In this document: one piece after another, positions 29,189 through 40,173 of the stretch
Layout: every line of letters starts with the position of its first letter
Numbering within the stretch: position 1 is the first letter of the stretch
Notes under the pieces: model-generated
The model's input: only the letters and a program-made list of their open reading frames with translations
Told to the model about the DNA's origin: nothing
Database searches by the model: none
Source of the DNA: Octopus sinensis
Taxonomy: Eukaryota
Length of the DNA stretch: 64,000 bases
Assembly: GCF_006345805.1 (NCBI RefSeq)
Contig: NC_042998.1
Span: 70,928,001-70,992,000, forward strand
Direction: 5' to 3'
Made by a program: the position numbers and the translations under genes

Positions 29189-30460
29189 GTCCTGATTTCT
29201 TTTATTAGGTACAAGGTTTCTATAAAGTAGGGACAACACAGAAACAGTCAAAACAGTATAATGGGGTACATAAAAACACGTATCGAATGAATTATGGATA
29301 TAATAAAAAATGAGGATGGAATAGCTTACCCCCCCATAAGCAGGTAGTTCCGGATTTCATTGGTTAAAATTCGAAGAATTAAACTACGTAAAAGTTACAA
29401 AATGCAATTTTCTCAAAAAAACTAATTGAAATTAATATTTTCTTTTGATACATTCTACCAGTATACGAAGTTTCAAATTATTTAGTTGAGTTGAAATTCT
29501 GTCCATCTTTTAGTAAAGATCCGGCAGTTCCATTTTACTCTTTTTCTTCTCTCCTCACCAATCCCCTCCTCTGTTGCTAGCATTTCTATCTCATTCTGTG
29601 TTGCTATCATCTCTCTTTCATTTTCCTTTGTCTTCTGTACTATATCCTCCTTGCTAGTTGATGGTCTCTGCGTTCGTTCCTCACTTTTGTTGACCTTTCA
29701 TTTTTTTCTCATCACATTCGTATTCTCTTCTTTTTAACTCTGCGTCTCCTCTCCACTTGCCTTTCTTTTCTTCCTAGGACTTTTTGGTGGTGAGTCTGTA
29801 TTACTTTTCCTCCTTTGTATCACAGTGTACTGTTCTTCCATTTGTTCCTCCTCAACGGTTGCACGCTCTTCTTCCTGATATTCCTTCTCTGTCTCTTTAT
29901 CTTCGTGTTTCTGGGGGCACTTAGCTTTCATGTGTCCCCTTACTCCACACAGAAAGCATACAGGTGGTCTTCCTTCCACCACTATTCTCAACTTTGTTTC
30001 GACTGGCAGTATCAGTTCTTCCGCAATCTTGTGGAGGACTGGCAAGCTTATATGAACTAATACCTCCAGTCCAAATCCTCATTTTCAATATTTGGGTGTC
30101 CTCCTCTGTATTATAGAGGATGGCTGCCATCAGCTGCGCCTCATCAATTTCTGGAGGCACTCTACCTATTCTTACACTGGCCGCACGTTTGCCACAGTAA
30201 GTCGGTAGTAGCGCTCACTTCACCGATCTCAAAGGCAAAATGGAGTACTTTCTCGCTTCTTCCCTACCCGCGAAGTGCACCTCCACTGTGCCGTACTTAT
30301 TTCCTCTGGTGTAGTACGTCGTTGAATCTTTAATCCCTCTCAAACACTCCTCAACCGCCTCCACTGCTGCTATTTTCACTTTTTAGTTGCAATATTTAGC
30401 TTTCTAAATATCATGGTACTTCTCTCTGTTTTTTCTATGACTTCCTTAGGATTTAAATTC
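29189..30460 (-). pseudogene. Gag/ORF1-like unit C (subfamily 1), 5'-truncated
   Basis: YYTRGNKYGTVEVHF; VPPEIDEAQL; knuckle CFLCGVRGHMKAKC at 29917-29958; SPRKKRK; shared 3' UTR 29189-29351. Confidence 0.75.
29352..29522. mobile_element. 171-bp insertion with 9-bp TSD (Mutator-like MITE?)
   Basis: Flanked by ggtagttcc (29343-29351) and ggcagttcc (29523-29531); termini GGAT.../...ATCC; absent from the homologous position in units A and D. Confidence 0.5.
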
Positions 30461-31547
30461 CTCCTCACCTTTCTGTGTCTCCTTCTTAGTTTCCATAGAC
30501 TTTTTCTTGCTTTTGCCTTCTTCCTTTTGGGGCTGATAAAATCATGACTCCCCTCTTTCACTTCATTCCTTTTCTTTATGTTGCTGACTCGCTCACTATC
30601 ACGTCTATCTTTTTTCTTTTCTTACTCTTGTTCCTCCTCTTTCTCATATAGCATAAATTCCGCCAAGGGGCATTGAGCCTTCATATAGCCCTGTGCTCCA
30701 CAAATGTAGCAATTGGGCCGTCTTCCATCTACTACTACACCTAGCCTTCCTCCTTCAATCTCAATCTGGTAGGGGATTTGCGCAATGTCTTTGACGCCGA
30801 ATCCCCACTAGCTGTTTTTGTTTGTCACTCCTACTTGACCCAGTTCAGGGCCGTCTTCGGTTGCCGCCAAAACTGCTGCAACCAACCACTTGGTCTTGAT
30901 TTCTGGTGGCACTCTTGGGATTCTCACTCTCACACTTCTACTTCCCTTGTGAGAGGGAAACAGCATACCTTGGTTCGTCTTCAAGATGTTGGTGGCATGC
31001 GAAGCCGCTTCTTACTTGGTAGCAAACCTTACCTCCAAAGTACCGAACTTTCTACTTCTGCCAATGAACTCTGTTTCTTCTACTATGTCGGCCAAACACT
31101 CCTCAATATCCTCATCCACAGTTTGTCAATTTTATTGATGGCGACCGCCAGCGTGCGGCACATCACCGTCTTCTCCTCCTTCTCCTTCATTGTCTTTTGC
31201 GGAGACACTAACTTGATGGTGTCTCCTTCCTTTTTCATCAGTTTCTCATTCTTCCTCACCTCCTCCATATTAACCGTTATTGCTGACACTTCCATTTGCG
31301 GTGTCGCCTTTGCCGCAGCGGCCTTTGCGTAGCTCGCCATAACACGGCTACTTTAAGATCACCAAAAATAGCAGCAAACTACACGCGCGATAACAATGAT
31401 TCAACAAAGTTCAACAATAAATTCACGTACTTCACAACAATTCTCAACTCTCAAGACAGTAAAAACCAAGGTGTTCAAAGAATACAACAAAATATCACAC
31501 TTCTTCAACAACAGATGACTCGATACGACACTAACAACAACACCAAT
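30461..31547 (-). pseudogene. Gag/ORF1-like unit B (subfamily 2), 3'-truncated
   Basis: ATG at 31340 (MASYAKAAA); RKFGTLEVRFATK; LFPSHKGSRSVRVRIPRVPPEI; knuckle CYICGAQGYMKAQC at 30670-30711 (His to Tyr); FISPKRKK. Confidence 0.75.
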
Positions 31548-33367
31548 GTCCTGATTTATTTAATTAGGCACAAGGCCTCATAGAGAAGGGACAGCACAAA
31601 AGACAGACAAAACAATACATTGGCGTACATAAAAACATATAACGAATGAATTATGAATATAAATGAAAATGAAGATGGAATGACTTACTTGCCCCCCCCC
31701 CCATAAGCAAATAGTTTCATTTTACTGTTTTTGAATAAAGTGCGTACTTATCAGTCTTGTATCTTGTTAGATTTCCTTTTGTTTAAAAAGCTACACAAAG
31801 TCACACCATATGTTTCGTCAAATCGTCAAATATTATCCATGGTGGCAATTCATCGTAACGAAATCGATTTCTTGTTATCACTATTCTATCACCAAATATT
31901 TCCTGCAACCTTCTTGCTCTTTCTTCCTCCAACAGCACCGCTTTCTCATCTCGATTGTGCTCACTGTCAGCCACTTTTAACCATTATTACATGTTTCATT
32001 TTCGATATTTTCTTTCCTATCTCTACAGATTTTTGTAACTTATAATAGTACTTTCGTATTTGCTCTTCTGTGGCTCTCTTTGCTTTTCCTCACCACTCTC
32101 TTCTTCTGTTGCTGGTATTCCCGTCACTGTTTGTCCTTCCTTCTCACTTTCATGTCTCTTCTTTTTCCGTCCTTCCCCCTCCTTACTAGGTGAAGGCAAC
32201 GGTCTTTGTGTTCGTTCCTCACTTGTCTCCTCATTCCTTCTTTTCCCATTCTTGTTCTTCTCTGCCTTTCTTTTCTTCTTCGGGCCTTTAGGTGGAGATT
32301 CTCCAATACTCCTCTTTCTTTCTGCCATTGTTTATTTTCCAACCATTTCCTCGTCAACCGCTGTTGCATCCTCTTCTTCCTGACGCTCCTTCTCCGCCTC
32401 CTCCTGTTCGTGTTTCTGGGGGACACTTTGCTTTCATGTGTCCCCTTACTCCACATAAATAACATACCGGAGGTTTCCCTTGCACCACGATTCTCAACCT
32501 TGTCCCATCTGGTAGCACCAGCTCTTCCACAATTTTGTTGAGGTCCGGCAGGCTGATATGGACCGACACCGCCAGTCCATATCCCCAGCAGTTCCTTTCC
32601 GTCGTTCTTGATATCTTCAATACCTGAGTGCCTTCCTCTGTGTTATAGAGGATGGGTTCCACCAGCAACGCCTCATCAATTTCTGGGGGCACTCTACCTA
32701 TTCTTATTCTTGTCGCACGTTTGCCTCAGTAAGTAGGTAGCAGTGCCCACTCGGCTGATCTCAAATACACAGTGGAGTATTTCCTCGCTTCTTCTTCGTT
32801 TACGAAGCGTACTTCCACTGTCCTGTATTTCTTTCCTCTCGTGTAATATGTCGTTATGTCAACTATCTTTTGTAGACATTCCTCTACAGCCTCCCTCGCT
32901 TCAATTTTTGCGTTGCTACATTCAACTTTCTATAAAAAATTATCTTTTTTTCCGTTTTTTCAAGTATTTCTTTAGGGGACGTCAACCTCAGGTTGCCCCT
33001 CTCTTTCTTTAGCCAACCGTTATATTTTTAAAAATTCTTTAATTCGATTTCTTGAACCTGCAGTACCTCTACTGATAGGCCTTTGTTAGCCACCGCAGCG
33101 TAACTGCCCGCTGGTTTACTTTCCATGACGATATTATTCATAACTTCAACCATAAATGAGGAAGAAAAATAAAAGCCAGTTAACAACAAAAATTTCAACA
33201 ATTCCAGTTAATAACAGTTCAAAAATTCAGTAAATTAACAATACAATACAACAAAAATCCCATGGAGCGAACACACTGCTAACACAGCTCCGAATCAAAT
33301 GATTCGAAAAACAACACTGACGACAACGCCGACATTCTTTAAACGATTAGCCGAATACAACACCAAC
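31548..33367 (-). pseudogene. Gag/ORF1-like unit A (subfamily 1), full length but decayed
   Basis: ATG at 33126 (MESKPAGSYAAVA); YYTRGKKYRTVEVRFVNEEEA; knuckle CYLCGVRGHMKAKC at 32423-32464; PKKKRK; FRYDELPP...MV* (stop 31801-31803); shared 3' UTR 31548-31730. Confidence 0.8.
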
Positions 33368-34079
33368 GTCCTCTCAGTGACTAACCAGGGATGATTTTTA
33401 AAATGAGAATATCTGAAATAAACTTGACTGTTCTCACAAACGAGAATATTAAAAATGAACCCGACCTCTCTCAAAAATTATGTAAAAAAAAACCTTGTCC
33501 GCTACCCAATCGATCCCAATGGTCCTCATTGAATGTGGGTGTACGGGCCGTGTTTGTAATGCTGTGTGTGTGTCATCTGCAATGGGAACAGAGACAGTTT
33601 TCTCTATGAAGGCCTTTTTTTTTAGTTTAAGTGTCTTTACGACCATTAAAGTCTATAGTGGAAAATTTATCCGTGCGTGAAAAAAAAACGGAAAGACCTG
33701 CGTACGGTGCTGTTAACGGAGGTTTATCAACATCGTTGCGCACAAAAACGAGAGTCCAAGACGTAAAGCGTCCTTCAAGGCAGAACTAGAAATGCAATTG
33801 TCTAGTAGGTAAGTGGTTTTAAACATGAGCCATATATTTAAAATTGGTAAAACTAAAACCTGTCGAGAATATATTAAATATATCAGTGTTACTGAATATT
33901 ATAGTGTTATTTAATTTCTGAACGGTTTTGCTGCCGTTTGTTTATATAGTTTGATTTCTTTATCCATCAGTTTCTACTAAGATAGAGATGTGAGTAAAAA
34001 TCAATAATAGAGAAGCGAAAATAAAACTTTAGGTACAGCAATGCCACCATAAATTACGTGGAAACCATGAGCGTGCTTT

Positions 34080-34351
34080 CTGGGGTGATAATCAGAGAAA
34101 GACTTGAAAGTCAACGTAAGATCGTAATACTGCATGTAAAGTAAATATAACAACTAATCCAGAATTCTTCTCCGATACCGGATCGATCCCAAAATATAAT
34201 CGGTTCGTGCTAGTCACAGGACCAAACATCCCTGAAAGTTCCATCCGAATCCATCCAGCGGTTCTTGAGATATCTTGTCCACGGAGAAACAAACACTCAA
34301 ACAAACAAATACGACTGAAACGATACCTCCACCTTCGCTAAGGTAGAGGTA
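34080..34351 (-). mobile_element. Short non-autonomous element with terminal hairpin and (GTTT)n (Helentron/DINE-like?)
   Basis: Hairpin tacctc-c-acctt-cgct-aaggt-a-gaggta at 34324-34351 with adjacent (AAAC)n; class assignment is inference. Confidence 0.35.
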
Positions 34352-34483
34352 CTACTACTACTACTGCTACTGCTACTGCTGCTGCTGCTGCTACTACTAC
34401 TACTACTACTACTATTACTACTACTAATAATAATAATCATAATAATCATAATAATAATAATTATAATTATAATCATAATAATA

Positions 34484-35150
34484 ATGTACCACCCGAAGGC
34501 TGATATAGAACGAATTTATCTGCCAAGAAACGAGGGAGTCCGTGGACTTTTACAACTGGAATTAACAATGAGGTTTGCCACAAATGGCGTAGACAGTCAC
34601 CTGAAAAACTTTGATGACTGGATGTTAAAACATATCTTAAAGCATGAATACAAGGAAGCATCACATTCCGTAACAAAAGAGGCAAAGGAATATCTAAGTG
34701 AATTCCAAAGAACGGCAGTAGCCCAACATGTCGTGTATGTCAACAAGAAAATGAAACCATTGATCATGTTGTCTCCGTGTGCAGTCTTTTGCTCCTATAG
34801 AGTATCTCAACATCTTAATAAAACAGCACAATATATTCACTGGGTAATTTGCAAAAACCTGGACCTGCCCCGTGATAAAACTGGTGGGGAACACAAAATA
34901 CCCCCTGTGCTTGAAAATCATCACATCTCACTCCTCTGGATCTTCACCATTCAAAATGACAGAAAGATGAATGCGAATAGGCCAGACATTATATTGAAAG
35001 ACTTCAGATAAAAACCATGATCCCTCATTGATATGACTGTCCCAATCGATATAAATGCCCCTGTCAAATTCTATCAAAAACTTAGCAAGTATAAAGATCT
35101 TGAAATAAAAATTGGTAAAATGTGGAACAGCAAAACTAAAACAATACCTG
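34484..35150 (+). pseudogene. C-terminal fragment of an RLE-type (R4/Dong-like) non-LTR retrotransposon ORF
   Basis: HPKADIERIYLPRNEGVRGL; alternate-frame CRVCQQENETIDHVVSVC (CX2CX8HX4C); AQYIHWVICK; ANRPDIILKD...IDMTVP...KLSKYKDL (PD-D/ExK endonuclease); internal deletion and stops. Confidence 0.85.
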
Positions 35151-35940
35151 ATCCTTTGAGCGAGTGTTGGTTTTTACTCTGGTTTATTTCTCTCTGATGA
35201 GTCATGCTGGATAATGTTCATAAAGTAGTTTTTTTATCCATACTTCACCATCTCACCAATTTTTTGGAAATCCATTATCATTTATTCTTTTGTCTTACTT
35301 TCATTCATTCTTTCAGTTTTCTTATTCTGTCTTATCAGATACACTTTGCTTGAAACTCAGTAGTTTTTAATCCTACTGTTGTTATTTGGTAGAAGTTCTT
35401 TATCATACCTTGATCCACATGAATTTTAGGTGCGTAAAATAAAGGGAAGACCAAAAGAAGATTTGATGTTTTACCTATATCATGTTATTATTTCTATTAT
35501 GTTGCTCATAATCTTTATTTTTTTTTATTTTATTCAATTTTAGAAAAATTGAATCATTCCTTTGACAACCTCTGAGCGTTTTAATCTTATATAGTGCGTA
35601 ACTTTTGGCCAACCCTGTATATCTGTATCAGCTTACTAACGGTGGCTGTGAAATTCTTTAAGAAGTTTCCAAGTCTTGTGTCTCAGATTTTCAATTCATT
35701 AAGTTCCCGATCTATAATTGTATTATGCTATTATGAATAAGTGTGTACATATATACGTAAACAACATACATACATAAAAATGCATATAAAGCATACATGC
35801 ATACACAGAATACATACATATATGCACACATACATACATAGGTCCAGTTGTACATACAGAGAAATGCATAACGATTGATACTTATATAAAAACACTGTTA
35901 ACTTTGTGTGTCTGAGTATATATATATATATATTTCTGTA

Positions 35941-35999
<59 letters not shown>

Positions 36000-36477
36000 A
36001 TACACTTATATATGTATATGCACATACGAACACCAGATACTTACATACACCATCCAAATCGAATCAATATGAAATGGAAGAAAGTAGAGCAAAATTGAAA
36101 CTTTTTGCTAAAGCTTGTCTAAAAATACAACTGTTTGGTTGGCGTTGAACAATAAGACGATAGTAAATCTTCATGGCTTGCACCGCAATAGAAGAATCTG
36201 GAAATAGCAACAATAAATGTCCGATTATAGCAGCTGCCAAGCACTGTAATTGTTTGGTATAAACAAGACAAGACTCTTTCAAAACTAATTCTTTCAGAAG
36301 AATTAATTGAATAGATGCAAGACAATCTACTATAATTGGTAGTAGATCTTTCCTTATATGGTGGATATATATGGCGTTATATATGATCAACTATATAAAT
36401 ACAAAACTACCAGAGTGTAAACAAAGGTTCGCACGCACAATGTAGAAACGCAAATACAGAACAAAATATATACGCAC

Positions 36478-36582
36478 ATATGTGTATGTATATATATATT
36501 ATGTATATGTATGTATATACGTATATATATATATATATATATATGTATATGTATATATGTATATACGTATATATATATATTA

Positions 36583-36634
<52 letters not shown>

Positions 36635-36823
36635 CGTATATATATATATGATATATATATATAATGTAGTATATATGTATGTATGTATATATATGTATAT
36701 ATGTATGTATATATACGTATATATATATATATATATATTATGTATGTATATGTATGTATATACGTATATATATATATGTATGTATATATATATGTATATA
36801 ATATATATGTATGTATGTATATA

Positions 36824-36856
<33 letters not shown>

Positions 36857-36959
36857 ATGTATGTATATGTATGTATATACGTATATATATATATGTATGT
36901 ATATATGTATGTATATATATGTGTATATATACATATATATATATATATGTATGTATATA

Positions 36960-37008
<49 letters not shown>

Positions 37009-37275
37009 ATGTATGTATGTATATATGTATATATGTATGTATGTATATATGTATGTATGTATGTGTATATATATATATGTGTATATATATATATGTGTAT
37101 ATATATGTATATATATATATATATATATTATGTATATGTAGTATGTATATATGTATATATGTATGTATGTATGTATATATGTATATATGTATGTGTATAT
37201 ATATATATATGTGTATATTATATATATATATATGGTATATATATGTATATATATACCTATATATATATATATATG

Positions 37276-37310
<35 letters not shown>
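36478..37310. repeat. ~830-bp (TA)/(TATG) compound microsatellite
   Basis: Directly visible; source of the 321-, 288- and 245-aa Y/I-rich ORFs. Confidence 0.95.
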
Positions 37311-37312
<2 letters not shown>

Positions 37313-37687
37313 TGCATGTGTGTGTGTGTATGCTTCTGTACAATAATAAATGACTTCCGTGTTTATATGCATTTGCGTTTATGGATTTGTCCATAACCGT
37401 GGTGTGTATATACACTCATATACACAATTTCATTCACTTAGGCAGAGACACGCTCGTTAGTATAGCCACATTATTTGATATCGCAACTCATATAGACACC
37501 GTCACAGAAGCATAGACATACATACATTCATACATATGCGGGTAGGTGCGTATCTACATATATGCATGCATAATGTATATATGTCTGTATTTATACATCA
37601 ATCAACACGCTCACAGACACACACACACATACAAAATACATATGTATAAGCACGTATCTTATATCATATCATTCGTATGTATATATA

Positions 37688-37732
<45 letters not shown>

Positions 37733-37733
37733 A

Positions 37734-37776
<43 letters not shown>

Positions 37777-38643
37777 ATGTATGTATATATGTATGTGTTT
37801 TGTTGTGTTTTTCGTTTCTCCGTATATGCAAGTAAGTTTCCATCGAGCAAGCACGTATATCCCACTTCATATGTGTGTTTATATGGGTGTATGTGTGTAT
37901 GTGTGTGTGTGTGTGTGTATGTGCGTGCGTGTATGTGTGTGGAATATGTTTATGTATGAGCGTATAAGTGTGAACATGTCTGGTTAATGAGTTCTATAAA
38001 TTCTTGTGTAGTATCTCTCAGCTTTTACAACAAATATAATTTGCTACAGACAACTTTTTTTTTACTGTGACATTTATAGTTAACACAAATATTACTGAAT
38101 TCACGATAGCTGCGTAGAAAGTGTTTTCTTTATTTAGCTTAAATAAAACAACTGGAAGTGCTTGGCTTAATCGATCTAAAGAGCTGCATTTAAATATCAT
38201 CGATTCTTCAAAGTATCCATTATGAGTTCGAACCCTGTTAATGCCGGTATACATGCATATTTGTACATATAATTATCACCTGGCCAAAAGAATGGTCAAT
38301 GCCATGATACTTTTTATGGCGTCTGAAACTGTTGAAAAGGCAGAGAAAAATATCCTTAAAGGAGAGACCTGTCAGGACACTAGTAATATCATGTCGTCCG
38401 TTAAAGACATCCAATAACCTGGTGATTGTGATAAGCCGAGCGATTCTCCCCATTGGTCTACTTTGTATATATATATATATATATATGTATGGTGGATCTA
38501 TTTCTAGCAAAAAGGTGTCCACATAGTTGTTTCCCTCTAATATGTATATAATACAATTTTACTGAACCTTCAGTTTTTTTATATGCTAGACCACTGGTAT
38601 AAAATCGATGTTAATTAAATAAATATCTAACTTTTCACGCTCA

Positions 38644-38678
<35 letters not shown>

Positions 38679-39212
38679 CGTCTGTGTGTGTGTGTGTGTG
38701 TAGTGAGGGGGCATCTAAGGAAATATTAATTTATTACTTAATATTTTGTGGGGGATTAATTTCCTTAACATAATAGGTTTGTATATAGATTGTAGTTTAT
38801 ATTCATGCAAAGGGAAAAAGAAAATGGAGTTTTTAAAGTTAATAAGAATTTATTACCAACAACAAATCGATCTTTGTCCCTTACAGCTGTTTCGAATATA
38901 CACTGTGAAATCAACTGAATATTAAATTCATATATCTGAGCATATAATTCCTTTAGAGGGAAAAAAATATACCCTTAAGATGTTATGTATTTTTGTTTGT
39001 AGATTCATCGCAGCATGAATCTACAAAAAAAAAACAAAACAACATCTAAGAGAATATTTTCCCATCTGAACAGATTATGCTCAGAAATATCAATTCAATA
39101 TCTAATTAACTTCACCGTGTATACTTGAAACAGCTGTAAGAAATAATGATTGAGTTGTTGCCGAAAATGATCTCTTATTAACTTTAAAATATCTATTTTC
39201 TTCTTTTTCTCC

Positions 39213-39337
39213 CTTTCTGTAGGAGAGTGTAGGCTCGAAAAGTAAAAGGCTTTTTCTATTCCTGAGCGTTATACTAATACATCTGTTTGTTTTGTACACC
39301 ACCAGTCTTCGTCTTTTGTTATTTTTCTTAAAACTCT

Positions 39338-39340
<3 letters not shown>
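39213..39340 (+). mobile_element. Penelope-type pLTR remnant with degenerate minimal hammerhead; its 3' part also occurs at ~10201-10295
   Basis: cttt-CTGTAGGA-GAG-tgtagg-CTC-GAAA-ag-TA-aaag, then ttctattcctgagcgttatactaatacatc..., shared with 10201-10295. Confidence 0.45.
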
Positions 39341-39373
<33 letters not shown>

Positions 39374-39380
39374 AAATATA

Positions 39381-39414
<34 letters not shown>

Positions 39415-39726
39415 ACGGTGGTGCATCAGCATGGCCGCAGCTCTGAGCTGAAACTAGAAAAAAAAATATATGAATGTATGTATAAATATATGTGTGTGTA
39501 TGTATTTATATATGTATGTATAATAAAAAATAATCTAGTATATATATATCTATATATATATATATATATATAATATATATATAATATATATTTATGTATA
39601 TATATATATATATATAATATATATATACTATATTTATGTATATATATATTTATGTATATATATATATTATTATATATATATATATAGATATTTATGTATT
39701 ATATATATATAAATGTATATATATAT

Positions 39727-39763
<37 letters not shown>

Positions 39764-39782
39764 TGTATCTATCTATCTATCT

Positions 39783-39825
<43 letters not shown>

Positions 39826-39885
39826 ATTATATATATATATATTATATATAATATGTATATATACATATAGTGTGTGTGTGTGTGT

Positions 39886-40173
39886 GGAGACGCAATGGCT
39901 CAGTGGTTCGGGCAGCGGACTCGCTGTCGTTAGGATCGCGGTTTCGATTCCCAGCCCGGTCGTTGTGAGTGTTTATTGAGTGAAAACACCTAAAGCTCCA
40001 CGAGGGTCCGGCAGGGGTGGTGGCGATCCGTGCTGTACTCTTTCGTCACAACTTTCTCTCACTCTTTTTTCTGTTGGCCTGCTCGCTTCGCCAGCGGGGT
40101 GGCGTCATATGAAGGCTAAAACAATGCGATGCGCATTGTGAGCAGCGATTTGCTGCAACGGTGATCACGGTGA
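39886..40173 (+). mobile_element. tRNA-derived SINE, family 3
   Basis: A box tggctcagtgg, B box ggtttcgattcc, tail ...ggtgatcacggtgat(at)n; copies at 50101-50411 (-) and a 3' fragment at 42514-42633. Confidence 0.8.

Noticed and set aside
27467-33367. Interpreting the shared 3' UTR plus head blocks as LTRs of a tandem LTR element
   Set aside because: Unit A's head is not preceded by the 3' UTR block; no TG...CA ends, PBS or PPT
33368-33393. Loose similarity of tccctggttagtcactgagaggac to tRNA-Glu or 5S rRNA as a possible insertion target
   Set aside because: Too short and gapped; no cloverleaf or continuing match
36407-37372. Long ORFs (321, 288, 245 aa) rich in Y/I/M/H/T, and many similar ORFs elsewhere
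   Set aside because: Translations of (TA)n/(TATG)n/(CA)n microsatellites, which lack stop codons in some frames
39886-39960. tRNA gene
   Set aside because: A and B boxes belong to a SINE head that continues into SINE body and recurs at 50340-50411
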